From the NCBI GenBank assembly GCA_029256105.1, contig JAQSYO010000013.1:16023-80022 (forward strand): a stretch of DNA of 64,000 bases, in the 5' to 3' direction. The stretch's first letter is position 1. Each line of letters opens with the position of its first letter. The notes under the pieces are model-generated. The model made no database searches. It was not told the origin of the DNA and was given only the letters and a program-made list of their open reading frames with translations. Below are positions 50,234 through 60,853 of this stretch, piece after piece. The DNA comes from Herbinix sp. Its GTDB lineage: Bacteria; Bacillota; Clostridia; Lachnospirales; Lachnospiraceae. Made by a program: the position numbers and the translations under genes.

Positions 50234-53173
50234 ATGAAATATACTATTCCTTCCTCATATGAATTTATATTTGAGGAAAAATTGGAAGATTTAAATGGAC
50301 TTGGAACCGTATTAGTTCATAAGAAAACAGGAGCAAGGGTTGCTTTAATTGCAAATGATGATAATAATAAAGTGTTTTCTATTGGGTTTCGAACACCACC
50401 TGCAAACAGCACAGGTGTTGCCCATATTATTGAGCATTCCGTGCTATGTGGATCAAAGAATTTCCCGGCAAAGGATCCATTTGTTGAGCTCGCAAAGGGA
50501 TCACTGAATACATTTTTAAATGCAATGACTTACCCGGATAAAACTGTTTATCCTGTTGCAAGTATCAATGAGCAGGATTTTAAGAATTTGATGCATGTTT
50601 ATATGGATGCAGTATTATATCCAAATATATATAAGAGAAATGAAATCTTCCGTCAGGAAGGCTGGCATTATGAACTGGAAAGTGAAGATGCCGAGTTAAA
50701 ATACAACGGTGTAGTATACAATGAGATGAAGGGGGCATTTTCCTCTCCAGAATCGCAATTGTATCGATTAATCCAAAGCTCATTGTTCCCTGAGACCGCC
50801 TATGGTGTAGAGTCAGGGGGAGATCCTGAATTTATTCCGGAACTCTCCTATGAAGAGTTTATTGACTTTCATAAAACGTATTACCACCCTTCCAATAGCT
50901 ATATCTATCTATACGGGGATATGGATTTTACGGAACGTTTGGATTGGTTGGATAAAGAGTACCTTAATCAATATGACCATCTTGAGGTTGCTTCTGAGGT
51001 CAAGCTACAGAAAAGCTTTACTACAATGAGGGAAGTGGAAGCCTTCTTTTCCTTAAGCGAAGAAGAGACCTGTGAAGATAATACGTATCTTAGCTTGAAT
51101 ACAGTGATCGGTAATTCTTTGGATAAGGAATTGGCACTCACATTCCAAGTTCTTGATTATGTATTACTGCAGGCACCAGGTGCTCCAATAAAGAAGGCAC
51201 TGCTTGATGCAGGTATTGGCAAAGATATTCTGGGTGGCTATGAGGACGAAATCCTGCAGCCCACCTTTACAATTATTGCAAAGAATTCCGAAGAGGAGAA
51301 AAAAGATCAATTTATCGGTATTATCCGTGATGTACTCTCTAATTTGGTAGCGAATGGACTTGAGGAAAAATCCTTACAAGCAGCAATCAATTTCTATGAG
51401 TTCAAATATAGAGAAGCAGATTATGGTCAATTTCCGAAGGGATTATTATACGGATTACGTAGCATGAGCAGTTGGCTTCATGATGATAAGAAACCCTTCC
51501 TTCATCTAAAAGATACGGTTGGGTATGAGTTCTTAAAGGACAAAATCGGAACCGGTTATTATGAGAAGACCATAAAGGAATATTTATTAGAGAATTTACA
51601 TTCTTCTATCGTTATTTTAAAGCCGAAATCGGGACTTAATACAGAAAAAGAGGAAAAGCTGAAGCAAAAACTAGCTGCATATAAAGCTACCCTTTCTAAG
51701 GATCAAATCATTAAATTGGTTGCAGAAACCAAGCAGTTGGAGGAATATCAGGAAATACCTTCTACGAAGGAAGAACTGGAAATGATTCCGTTGTTAACCC
51801 GCGAGGATATCCAAAGAGAAATTCAACCATTATCCAATGAAGAGCATACAGTTGAAGGAATCAAGGTAATCCATCACAATGGGTATACCAATAAAATTGC
51901 CTATCTTCGACTTTTATTTGATGTTAAGGACGTTCCCAAGGAGCTGTTACCCTATGCTTCACTATTATCCTTTGTTCTTGGCTATGTGGATACGAAGAAT
52001 TACACTTATTTAGATTTATCCAATGAAGTGAATATTCACACCGGTGGAATATCTACTAATATAAGAAGTTTTTCAATTAAAGGAAGTTCAGAGAAATATT
52101 ATCCGGTATTTGAATTTACAACAAAGGTATTGTATGATAAACTACCAGATGCGTTCCGTCTGATAGAAGAAATGCTGTTCCAGACGAAGTTTGAGGATGC
52201 AAAACGGTTAAAGGAAATTGTGGATGAGATGAAATCCAAGCTGCAGATGCATTTTAATTCTTCTGGCCATTCTGTAGCAGTAGATCGCGCAATGTCTTAT
52301 TATTCCGTACATGGTTTGTATAAAGAAATTACAACTGGTATTTCATTCTATAAATTTGTTGAGGATCTTGCAGAGAATTTTGCGGCAAAGGCAGATACAG
52401 CTATAACTAAGATGAAAGAATTAATGCAAATAATATTTACAAAGAATAATCTTATGGTCAGCATCACTGCGGATGAGGAGGGCTTTGGCCGTTTTACTGA
52501 AAAACTTCCGGTGTTTGGCAATACGCTAAAGGTAGAAGCTGAGAGTAGTTTGTTCAAACCGTATGATACCTCAGCTCTAAAACCGGAGTGTCTAAACGAA
52601 GGCTTTAAGACAGCAATGCAGGTGCAGTATGTAGCGAGAACAGGTAATTTTTTGAAAGCTGGCTTTGAATATACAGGAGCATTGAGGGTATTAAAGACAA
52701 TCCTTAGCTATGATTATCTGTGGAATAATATCCGAGTGAAGGGCGGAGCTTACGGTTGTATGTGTGGCTTCTCAGGCGTTGACGGTGATGCTTATTTCAC
52801 CTCCTACCGCGACCCTAACCTAAGAGAAACAAACAATATCTATGAGAAAACAGCAGATTATGTCATGAACTTCACTGCAGAAGAAAGAGATGTAACGAAA
52901 TATATCATCGGAACCTTCAGCACCCTAGACACTCCGCTCACACCGCAATCCAAAGGAAAGAGATCCTTAAGTATGTACCTTGCAGGAATAACGGAAGCAG
53001 ACTTACAAAAGGAAAGAGATGAAGTCCTCAATGTTACAATTGAAGATATCCGTGCGCTGCATAAAATCGTGAGAGCAATCTTTGATGCTGGGAACATCTG
53101 TGTCATAGGAAATGAAAGTAAGATAACAGAGAATAAGGATTTATTCAAAGAAATAAAGAGTTTGATGAAGTAA
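50234..53173 (+). CDS. M16C (presequence protease-like) zinc metallopeptidase
   Basis: HIIEH inverted zincin, FLNAMT, GVVYNEMKG, YHPSN, IRVKGGAYG, SYRDP. Confidence 0.92.
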   Translation: MKYTIPSSYEFIFEEKLEDLNGLGTVLVHKKTGARVALIANDDNNKVFSIGFRTPPANSTGVAHIIEHSVLCGSKNFPAKDPFVELAKGSLNTFLNAMTYPDKTVYPVASINEQDFKNLMHVYMDAVLYPNIYKRNEIFRQEGWHYELESEDAELKYNGVVYNEMKGAFSSPESQLYRLIQSSLFPETAYGVESGGDPEFIPELSYEEFIDFHKTYYHPSNSYIYLYGDMDFTERLDWLDKEYLNQYDHLEVASEVKLQKSFTTMREVEAFFSLSEEETCEDNTYLSLNTVIGNSLDKELALTFQVLDYVLLQAPGAPIKKALLDAGIGKDILGGYEDEILQPTFTIIAKNSEEEKKDQFIGIIRDVLSNLVANGLEEKSLQAAINFYEFKYREADYGQFPKGLLYGLRSMSSWLHDDKKPFLHLKDTVGYEFLKDKIGTGYYEKTIKEYLLENLHSSIVILKPKSGLNTEKEEKLKQKLAAYKATLSKDQIIKLVAETKQLEEYQEIPSTKEELEMIPLLTREDIQREIQPLSNEEHTVEGIKVIHHNGYTNKIAYLRLLFDVKDVPKELLPYASLLSFVLGYVDTKNYTYLDLSNEVNIHTGGISTNIRSFSIKGSSEKYYPVFEFTTKVLYDKLPDAFRLIEEMLFQTKFEDAKRLKEIVDEMKSKLQMHFNSSGHSVAVDRAMSYYSVHGLYKEITTGISFYKFVEDLAENFAAKADTAITKMKELMQIIFTKNNLMVSITADEEGFGRFTEKLPVFGNTLKVEAESSLFKPYDTSALKPECLNEGFKTAMQVQYVARTGNFLKAGFEYTGALRVLKTILSYDYLWNNIRVKGGAYGCMCGFSGVDGDAYFTSYRDPNLRETNNIYEKTADYVMNFTAEERDVTKYIIGTFSTLDTPLTPQSKGKRSLSMYLAGITEADLQKERDEVLNVTIEDIRALHKIVRAIFDAGNICVIGNESKITENKDLFKEIKSLMK

Positions 53174-53188
53174 CACAAGGCATAAGCC

Positions 53189-53218
53189 CGGTGATTCAAT
53201 ATTTATATTGGATCACCG
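53189..53218 (+). terminator. Stem-loop after peptidase
   Basis: CGGTGATTCAATAT-TT-ATATTGGATCACCG. Confidence 0.6.
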
Positions 53219-53269
53219 AAGCTTTCAAATACTAATAAGGATAAGAAGTTAGAAAGGTATAGGTAAAGA

Positions 53270-54214
53270 ATGAAGGATACAAAGTTTAAATCGGGGTTTG
53301 TCACATTAATCGGAAGACCAAACGTAGGAAAATCCACCTTGATGAATCAATTAATTGGGCAAAAGATTGCCATTACATCAGATAAACCGCAGACGACAAG
53401 AAATAGAATACAGACGGTATATACAGATGAACAAGGGCAGGTTATTTTCCTCGATACCCCTGGAATCCACAAAGCGAAGAATAAGTTGGGTGAATATATG
53501 GTCAATGTGGCGGAGAGAACTATTAATGAAGTAGATTTAGTTCTCTGGTTAGTGGAGCCCTCGACCTTTATTGGTGCAGGGGAACAACATATTGCAGAAC
53601 AGTTACGTAAAGTAAAAACCCCTATTTTCTTAGTTATAAATAAAATGGATTTGGTTAAGAAAGAACAACTTTTGACCTTTATTGCAGCGTATAAGGATAT
53701 CTGCAACTTTTCAGAGATTATACCAGTATCAGCATTAAAGGGAGAGAATACCAAAGTATTGATGGAGGAAATCTATAAATACATGCCGGAAGGACCTCAG
53801 TATTACGATGAAGATACCGTTACAGACCAACCGGAACGCCAGATAGTAGCAGAATTAATCAGAGAGAAAGCACTTAATCTTCTGGAGGATGAAATTCCTC
53901 ACGGTATAGCGGTTAGCATTGATCAGATGAAAGAACGTCCGGAGAGTAAAAGTGACAAACCCAATCCCAAGGACTATTATGGGAATGGAATGATTGACAT
54001 CGATGCTACTATTGTTTGCGAACGAGATTCTCATAAGGGAATTATCATTGGTAAAGGTGGAAGCAAATTGAAACAAATCGGTTCACAAGCAAGAAGAGAA
54101 ATTGAAAATCTACTTGATTGTAAAGTAAATCTTCAATTATGGGTAAAAGTGAAAAAGGACTGGAGAGATAGTGATATCCTTATGAAAAACTTTGGCTATA
54201 ACCCAAAAGAATAG
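53270..54214 (+). CDS. era: GTPase Era
   Basis: GRPNVGKST, PQTTR, DTPG, NKMD, KH domain IIIGKGG. Confidence 0.97.
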   Translation: MKDTKFKSGFVTLIGRPNVGKSTLMNQLIGQKIAITSDKPQTTRNRIQTVYTDEQGQVIFLDTPGIHKAKNKLGEYMVNVAERTINEVDLVLWLVEPSTFIGAGEQHIAEQLRKVKTPIFLVINKMDLVKKEQLLTFIAAYKDICNFSEIIPVSALKGENTKVLMEEIYKYMPEGPQYYDEDTVTDQPERQIVAELIREKALNLLEDEIPHGIAVSIDQMKERPESKSDKPNPKDYYGNGMIDIDATIVCERDSHKGIIIGKGGSKLKQIGSQARREIENLLDCKVNLQLWVKVKKDWRDSDILMKNFGYNPKE

Positions 54215-54469
54215 AGAGAATAAACTCAGATGTAAACTGAACATAGTATTATTTGATACTATTATAAAATGTCAAGTACTAACTTAATAAATGAAGCTGG
54301 GATATTCTGACCAGTTTAATCAGCTTCAAAATGGGAAACCTAATGATATAACAAATCATGTTGAAAAGTACCAATTTATTATAGTACAGATTTGTGATAA
54401 CTTGCATTTTGGGATAGAAACAGAATGTAAATTTAGTCAGACATAATATCATGGTTAGGGGGCTCATTT

Positions 54470-54691
54470 ATGAAGAAGAATTATGATTCTTGGAAGAGTT
54501 TTGTCAATACTGGAAAGATTGACGATTACTTACATTACATTGCGTGCACACAGGAAGAGAGCATGGAAGAACTCGTGCAAGGTGTGGAAACTTCCACATC
54601 CAGTATGGATATTTCCATGACTAAAATGGATATCCCCATTGCAAACGTGGGCATCCCCATGACAAACATGGGTATCCCCATAACGAGCTAG
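54470..54691 (+). CDS. YqzL-like small protein with repeat-derived C-terminal extension
   Basis: WKSFVNTGKIDDYLHY matches the YqzL pattern; era-yqzL-recO synteny. Confidence 0.65.
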   Translation: MKKNYDSWKSFVNTGKIDDYLHYIACTQEESMEELVQGVETSTSSMDISMTKMDIPIANVGIPMTNMGIPITS

Positions 54692-54716
54692 GGTACCCCC
54701 TATGACAAGCATAGGG
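54602..54716. repeat. About 5 copies of a 21-bp unit with palindromic core ATGGRTATCCCCAT
   Basis: Units at 54602, 54623, 54644, 54665, 54686. Confidence 0.85.
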
Positions 54717-54740
54717 AGGAGATAAAGAAGGTGGATTTAG

Positions 54741-55520
54741 TTGCCGGTATCAACTACCGTGACGGGAATGGTTCTGTCAGCCATGCCGTTTGGTGATTAT
54801 GACAAACGGTTGGTAATTTTAACGAAGGAAATTGGAAAAATATCAGCATTTGCCAAAGGCGCCAGAAGACCGAACAGCGCCTTTTTGGCATGCTGCCAGC
54901 CATTTGCCTTTGGTGAATTCACTTTATATGCGGGAAGAGATTCTTATAATATAATGTCGGTAGAGATATCGAATTATTTTGGTGAACTCAGAGACGATTT
55001 TGATAATCTTTGTTATGGTTTCTATTTCAGTGAATTTGCAGATTACTTAACGAAGGAAAATAATGATGAAAAAGATATTCTTAAGTTACTTTACCAGACA
55101 CTACGCGCATTGGCGAAGAAGTCAATTGATGCAACACTGATACGAGCAATTTATGAGTTGAAAATAATGTCCGTAAACGGAGAAACGCCTCAAGTCTTTG
55201 GATGTGTTAAATGTGAAAAAAACCCAACAAATCTAAAACAATCGGTAGAAGAGCTGGGCAAGTCGTCCAGATATTTTTTTAGTGCTGAGTGTGGGGGAAT
55301 ATTATGTGAAGCGTGTAGAGGTTATGATAAAAGTGCCATTAGCATTAATACATCAACCTTGTATACGATGCAATACATAATATCAAAAGAGATTGAAAAG
55401 CTATATACCTTCAAAGTAACGGATGAGGTTCTAAGAGAGTTGAAACTGTGTATCAAACGCTATTTGGAGCGCTATGTAGACCACGATTTTAAATCTTTAG
55501 AAATGCTTAAGAGTTTATAA
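54741..55520 (+). CDS. recO: DNA repair protein RecO
   Basis: DYDKRLVILT..GKISAFAKGAR, CxxC..CxxC Zn finger; downstream of era. Confidence 0.93.
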   Translation: MPVSTTVTGMVLSAMPFGDYDKRLVILTKEIGKISAFAKGARRPNSAFLACCQPFAFGEFTLYAGRDSYNIMSVEISNYFGELRDDFDNLCYGFYFSEFADYLTKENNDEKDILKLLYQTLRALAKKSIDATLIRAIYELKIMSVNGETPQVFGCVKCEKNPTNLKQSVEELGKSSRYFFSAECGGILCEACRGYDKSAISINTSTLYTMQYIISKEIEKLYTFKVTDEVLRELKLCIKRYLERYVDHDFKSLEMLKSL

Positions 55521-55601
55521 CTAATTAAAAAATACTGTTGAAATTATCAAACTTTAAGGTTACAATGATATGAACCCAAAATGATACGGAGGGAATGCTT
55601 T

Positions 55602-56201
55602 ATGAAAAAGTTGGTTCTTTGTACAATTATGTTGCTGCTAGTTCTGGGTACAGCTGGTTGTTCAAAAAAAGAATTATTTATCACTGCCGATGATATCACT
55701 GCAGATACACTACTTGCCAAGGCGAATGGACAACTTCAGGTTGCGACAATTGAGGATTTCGATAAATCCTACTATAATCTTACTGAATTAAAAGATTTTG
55801 TTACAAATGAGATAAAATCATATAATAAAACCACAGGGGAAGAAAAGATAACCTTTGAAGATGTGCAACTTCGTAGTGGAAAAGCGATCATGTTGCTCTC
55901 TTATTCTGGTATGGATCAATATTCCGCATTTAATGAAGTATCAGCTGCATATTTTAACGGTGGAATTAAGGACAACCCACTTGAGTTGCCAGCAACTCTA
56001 ATTAACACAAAGAATGAATCTCTGGCAAGTACCGAAGAAGTAATTCAAAATGAAAAATATAAGGTGTTAGTTATGAACGAGCCTTATGATATTATCGTAG
56101 ATGGAAAAGTAAAATATTTTTCTGAAAATGCAAAGCTAATCGATGATAATAAAGTGACATGTGCAGAGGAAGGAATGACGGTTATTGTATTTAAACCTTA
56201 A
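55602..56201 (+). CDS. Hypothetical lipoprotein
   Basis: MKK..TAGC lipobox, RBS GGAGG. Confidence 0.75.
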   Translation: MKKLVLCTIMLLLVLGTAGCSKKELFITADDITADTLLAKANGQLQVATIEDFDKSYYNLTELKDFVTNEIKSYNKTTGEEKITFEDVQLRSGKAIMLLSYSGMDQYSAFNEVSAAYFNGGIKDNPLELPATLINTKNESLASTEEVIQNEKYKVLVMNEPYDIIVDGKVKYFSENAKLIDDNKVTCAEEGMTVIVFKP

Positions 56202-56299
56202 TCCAATTTGATTCATATGCTCAGTTAATGGCATGAACTTAAGCTATAGTATGATTGTTTTATATTCCTTGAAAAATTTAAAGATGTGAGGATAAATAT

Positions 56300-57688
56300 A
56301 TGGAAAAAACGATGGAAAAAATAGTAGCGTTAGCAAAGGCAAGAGGTTTTGTATACCCGGGCTCTGAGATCTATGGAGGACTAGCGAATACTTGGGATTA
56401 TGGTAATCTTGGTGTAGAATTAAAAAATAACGTTAAAAAAGCTTGGTGGTCAAAATTTATTCAAGAGAACCCTTACAATGTCGGAGTTGACTGTGCGATT
56501 TTGATGAATCCACAAACCTGGGTTGCATCAGGACATCTCGGTGGTTTTTCCGATCCGTTGATGGATTGTAGAGAATGTCATGAGCGTTTCCGTGCAGATA
56601 AAATTATCGAAGATTATAATATGGAAAAAGGTATTGTAGTCGAGGGTTCGGTGGATGCTTGGTCTCAAGATGATATGAAGAAATATATTGATGAACATAA
56701 TATTGTATGCCCTACTTGTGGCAAGCATAATTTTACGGATATCCGTCAGTTTAACCTAATGTTTAAAACCTTCCAGGGTGTAACTGAGGATGCGAAGAAT
56801 GTTGTATACTTAAGACCTGAAACAGCGCAAGGCATTTTTGTTAACTTTAAGAATGTTCAAAGAACATCCCGTAAGAAGATACCCTTCGGTATTGGTCAAA
56901 TCGGTAAGTCCTTCCGTAATGAGATTACACCCGGTAACTTTACCTTCCGTACCAGAGAATTCGAGCAGATGGAATTAGAATTCTTCTGCGAGCCTGATAC
57001 AGATCTTGAATGGTTCTCTTATTGGAGATCCTTCTGTATTGACTGGCTTAAGAAACTTGGCATAAAAGAAGAGGAAATGAGAGTCAGAGATCATGATGCT
57101 GAAGAGCTTTCCTTTTATAGTAAAGCAACAACCGATATTGAATTTATGTTCCCATTTGGTTGGGGCGAGTTATGGGGAATAGCAGATCGTACGGATTACG
57201 ATTTGACACAGCATCAAACCGTATCCAAGGAAGATATGAGCTATTTCGATGAAGATAAAAAGGGAAGATATATTCCTTATGTTATTGAGCCTTCGTTAGG
57301 GGCAGATCGTGTAACCCTTGCTTTCTTATGTGCAGCTTATGATGAAGAAGAACTGGAAGATGGTGATGTACGTACAGTGCTTCATTTCCATCCTGCGATT
57401 GCACCTGTTAAAATTGGTGTCCTTCCTTTATCAAAGAAATTAGTAGAGCCTGCAGAGAAGATTTATACTGAGTTATGTAAATCTTATAATTGCGAATTTG
57501 ATGATAGAGGGAATATCGGTAAACGTTACAGAAGATTAGATGAGATCGGAACACCTTTCTGTATTACCTATGACTTTGAATCTGAGACAGATGGAGCAGT
57601 TACTGTTCGTGATAGAGATACAATGCAGCAAGAAAGAATTAAAATAGAAGATTTAAAGACATATTTTGAGAATAAATTTAAATTTTAG
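56300..57688 (+). CDS. glyS: Glycine--tRNA ligase (alpha2 homodimeric type)
   Basis: [37 protein letters not shown]. Confidence 0.96.
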   Translation: MEKTMEKIVALAKARGFVYPGSEIYGGLANTWDYGNLGVELKNNVKKAWWSKFIQENPYNVGVDCAILMNPQTWVASGHLGGFSDPLMDCRECHERFRADKIIEDYNMEKGIVVEGSVDAWSQDDMKKYIDEHNIVCPTCGKHNFTDIRQFNLMFKTFQGVTEDAKNVVYLRPETAQGIFVNFKNVQRTSRKKIPFGIGQIGKSFRNEITPGNFTFRTREFEQMELEFFCEPDTDLEWFSYWRSFCIDWLKKLGIKEEEMRVRDHDAEELSFYSKATTDIEFMFPFGWGELWGIADRTDYDLTQHQTVSKEDMSYFDEDKKGRYIPYVIEPSLGADRVTLAFLCAAYDEEELEDGDVRTVLHFHPAIAPVKIGVLPLSKKLVEPAEKIYTELCKSYNCEFDDRGNIGKRYRRLDEIGTPFCITYDFESETDGAVTVRDRDTMQQERIKIEDLKTYFENKFKF

Positions 57689-57774
57689 AAAAAACACTTT
57701 CCATATTAAGTTATTCTATGATATAATGCTTTCTGGCGATTAGAATTGCCGAAAGAGAGTTATAATTTGATAGG

Positions 57775-57875
57775 AGCACATCTCTGTTGAGTGATAAAAG
57801 TATTACGCAAACAAAATGAATTCTTAAAATTCGTTGTGTTTGCGGAGTACTTTTGACGCTCAATTAGATGTTGCT
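57775..57875 (+). other. About 100-nt imperfect hairpin in the ppdK leader
   Basis: AGCACATCT..TTGAGTG..AAAAGTATT.CGCAAACA / TGTTTGCG.AGTACTTTT..CGCTCAA..AGATGTTGCT. Confidence 0.6.
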
Positions 57876-57920
57876 ATAACAAATTGTAAAAATTATAAAT
57901 TTTAGGAGGGCACTTACAAA

Positions 57921-60542
57921 ATGACAAAATGGGTATATTTGTTCAAAGAAGGCAAAGCAGATATGAAAAACCTTCTTGGTGGTAAAGGCGCTAACTTAGC
58001 AGAAATGACTAACTTAGGTCTTCCGATTCCTCAAGGTTTTATCGTAACTACAGAGGCTTGTACTGATTACTACAATAGTGGCAAGAAAATCACAGACGAA
58101 ATTAAAGAGCAGATTTTTGCATCTTTAAATATTCTGGAAGAAGAACAAGGTAAGAAATTCGGTGATACAGAAAATCCTTTATTAGTTTCTGTACGTTCCG
58201 GAGCTAGAGCATCCATGCCTGGTATGATGGATACAATTCTTAACTTGGGTTTAACTGATGCTGCTGTTGAAGGCTTTGCAAAGAAGACAGGTAACGCAAG
58301 ATTTGCATATGACTCATATAGAAGATTTATTCAAATGTTCTCAGACGTAGTTATGGAAATCAGCAAGTCTAAGTTTGAAAGAGTATTAGATGAAATCAAA
58401 GAGAAGAAAGGTGTACATTATGACACCGAGTTATCTGCTGAAGATTTAAAAGATGTTATCGCTCAATACAAGGTATTATATAAGAATGAAAAAGGTACAG
58501 ATTTCCCTCAGGAGCCGAAAGAGCAATTAATCGAAGCGATTACTGCTGTATTCCGTTCATGGGATAATCCTCGTGCAATTTACTATAGAAGAATGAATGA
58601 TATCCCTGGTGATTGGGGTACTGCTGTAAATATTCAAGCTATGGTATTTGGTAACATGGGTGATACTTCCGGTACTGGTGTAGCATTTACACGTAACCCT
58701 TCTACTGGTGAAGCAGCGATCTATGGTGAATATCTGATCAATGCACAAGGTGAAGACGTAGTTGCTGGTATTAGAACTCCACTTCCGATTACTAGATTAG
58801 AGCAGGATATGCCTGAAGTTTATACAGAATTCATGAGAATTGCAACCTTACTTGAAAATCATTACACAGATATGCAAGACATGGAATTCACGATTGAAGA
58901 TAAGAAGCTTTACTTCTTACAGACACGTAACGGTAAGAGAACAGCACCTGCTGCTCTTCAAATCGCTTGCGATTTAGTAGACGAAGGAAAGATCACAAAG
59001 GAAACTGCGATCAAGAGAATTGAAGCGAAATCCTTAGATCAATTATTACATCCTGGTTTTGACGTTAAAGCTCTTAAGGCAGCTCAGGCTGTTGGAAAAG
59101 CTCTTCCTGCATCTCCTGGCGCAGCAGCTGGTAAAGTATACTTTACAGCAAATGATGCAAAAGTTAACCATGAAAAAGGCGAAAGAGTTATCCTTGTTCG
59201 TCTAGAGACATCACCGGAAGATATCGAAGGTATGCATGCAGCGGAAGGTATCTTAACCGTTCGTGGTGGTATGACCTCTCACGCAGCAGTAGTTGCTCGT
59301 GGTATGGGTACTGCTTGTGTATCCGGTTGTGGCGAAATCAGCATCAATGAAGAAGAGAAATTCTTCACAATCGCTGGAAACACCGTTAAAGAAGGAGATT
59401 ATATCTCACTTGATGGTTCAACTGGTAACATCTATGTTGGAGATATCCCTACTGTTGAAGCTTTAATCAGCGGTAACTTTGATCGAATTATGAAATGGGC
59501 TGATGAAATTAGAACATTAAAAGTAAGAACAAATGCAGATACACCTGCTGATGCTGCTAACGCAGTTAAGTTTGGTGCAGAAGGCATCGGCCTTTGCCGT
59601 ACAGAGCATATGTTCTTCGAAGGTGAAAGAATTCATAAAATTAGAAAGATGATCCTTTCTAAGACTGTTGAAGCTAGAGAAGAAGCTCTTAACGAGTTAA
59701 TTCCTTTCCAGAAGACTGACTTCAAGGGTATTTACGAAGTAATGGAAGGCAGACCTGTTACCATCCGCTTCCTGGATCCCCCGCTTCATGAATTCGTTCC
59801 TACAGAGGAAGATGATATTGCAGCATTGGCTGAAGATATGGGTCTTACTGTTGCAGAAGTTAAAGCAGTTTGTGATTCCTTACATGAATTCAACCCTATG
59901 ATGGGCCACAGAGGTTGCCGTCTAGCTGTAACTTATCCTGAGATTGCTAAAATGCAAACCAGAGCAGTTATGGAAGCAGCGATTGAAGTGAAGAAGGAAA
60001 AAGGCTTTGATATTGTTCCTGAAATCATGATCCCTCTTGTAGGCGAGAAGAGAGAGTTAAAGTTTGTTAAAGATATCGTTGTTGAGACAGCAGAAGCAGT
60101 AAAGAAAGAAATGGGCTCTGACATCGAATACCATATCGGTACTATGATTGAAATCCCTCGTGCAGCTTTACTTGCAGATGAAATCGCTGAAGAAGCTGAA
60201 TTCTTCTCCTTCGGTACCAATGACTTAACACAGATGACTTTCGGTTTCTCCCGTGATGACGCTGGTAAGTTCTTAGATGCATACTACAAGACCAAGATCT
60301 ACGAGTCAGATCCATTTGCAAGACTTGACGTAGAAGGCGTTGGCCAATTAGTTAAAATGGCATCTGAAAAAGGCCGTGCTACAAGACCAAACATTAAGCT
60401 TGGTATCTGTGGCGAGCATGGTGGAGATCCTTCCACAGTTGAATTCTGCCATAAGGTAGGATTAAACTATGTATCTTGTTCTCCTTTCCGTGTGCCGATC
60501 GCTAGATTGGCTGCAGCACAGGCAGTGTTAAATAATAAGTAA
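57921..60542 (+). CDS. ppdK: Pyruvate, phosphate dikinase
   Basis: LLGGKGANLAEM, SVRSGA, GGMTSHAAVVARG, GLCRTEHMF, SFGTNDLTQ, GICGEHGG. Confidence 0.98.
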   Translation: MTKWVYLFKEGKADMKNLLGGKGANLAEMTNLGLPIPQGFIVTTEACTDYYNSGKKITDEIKEQIFASLNILEEEQGKKFGDTENPLLVSVRSGARASMPGMMDTILNLGLTDAAVEGFAKKTGNARFAYDSYRRFIQMFSDVVMEISKSKFERVLDEIKEKKGVHYDTELSAEDLKDVIAQYKVLYKNEKGTDFPQEPKEQLIEAITAVFRSWDNPRAIYYRRMNDIPGDWGTAVNIQAMVFGNMGDTSGTGVAFTRNPSTGEAAIYGEYLINAQGEDVVAGIRTPLPITRLEQDMPEVYTEFMRIATLLENHYTDMQDMEFTIEDKKLYFLQTRNGKRTAPAALQIACDLVDEGKITKETAIKRIEAKSLDQLLHPGFDVKALKAAQAVGKALPASPGAAAGKVYFTANDAKVNHEKGERVILVRLETSPEDIEGMHAAEGILTVRGGMTSHAAVVARGMGTACVSGCGEISINEEEKFFTIAGNTVKEGDYISLDGSTGNIYVGDIPTVEALISGNFDRIMKWADEIRTLKVRTNADTPADAANAVKFGAEGIGLCRTEHMFFEGERIHKIRKMILSKTVEAREEALNELIPFQKTDFKGIYEVMEGRPVTIRFLDPPLHEFVPTEEDDIAALAEDMGLTVAEVKAVCDSLHEFNPMMGHRGCRLAVTYPEIAKMQTRAVMEAAIEVKKEKGFDIVPEIMIPLVGEKRELKFVKDIVVETAEAVKKEMGSDIEYHIGTMIEIPRAALLADEIAEEAEFFSFGTNDLTQMTFGFSRDDAGKFLDAYYKTKIYESDPFARLDVEGVGQLVKMASEKGRATRPNIKLGICGEHGGDPSTVEFCHKVGLNYVSCSPFRVPIARLAAAQAVLNNK

Positions 60543-60596
60543 GATGAGAAATTCTCGGTAAGAAGAACATAGTTTTTCTTACCGAGAATAAGATTG

Positions 60597-60640
60597 AGAC
60601 CTTTATATTAACTGAGAAGTTGATATAAGGGTCTTTTTTT
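60597..60640 (+). terminator. Rho-independent terminator after ppdK
   Basis: AGACCTTTATATTAACT..AGTTGATATAAGGGTCT + T run; preceded by second hairpin ATTCTCGGTAAGAA..TTCTTACCGAGAAT. Confidence 0.75.
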
Positions 60641-60853
60641 GATATAATTTAATAACTTTCATGTAATATGAAGGTGCAAATGGGGGAACCTAATTGAGGA
60701 AGAACAATGCTGATAGTAATTGCGAAAAAACTCCAAATAAAGTGTTATCTTGCACAATGAAATGAAAAAGTGTTGTACAACCATTTTCATATGCTATTTT
60801 AGGATAAGTTAGTGTATTTACTCAATTTATAAGTTTTAAATGCTGGAGGATCA

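Noticed and set aside
56202-56299. T-box leader for glyS
   Set aside because: Spacer under 100 bp and no AAGGTGGxACCxCG T-box sequence
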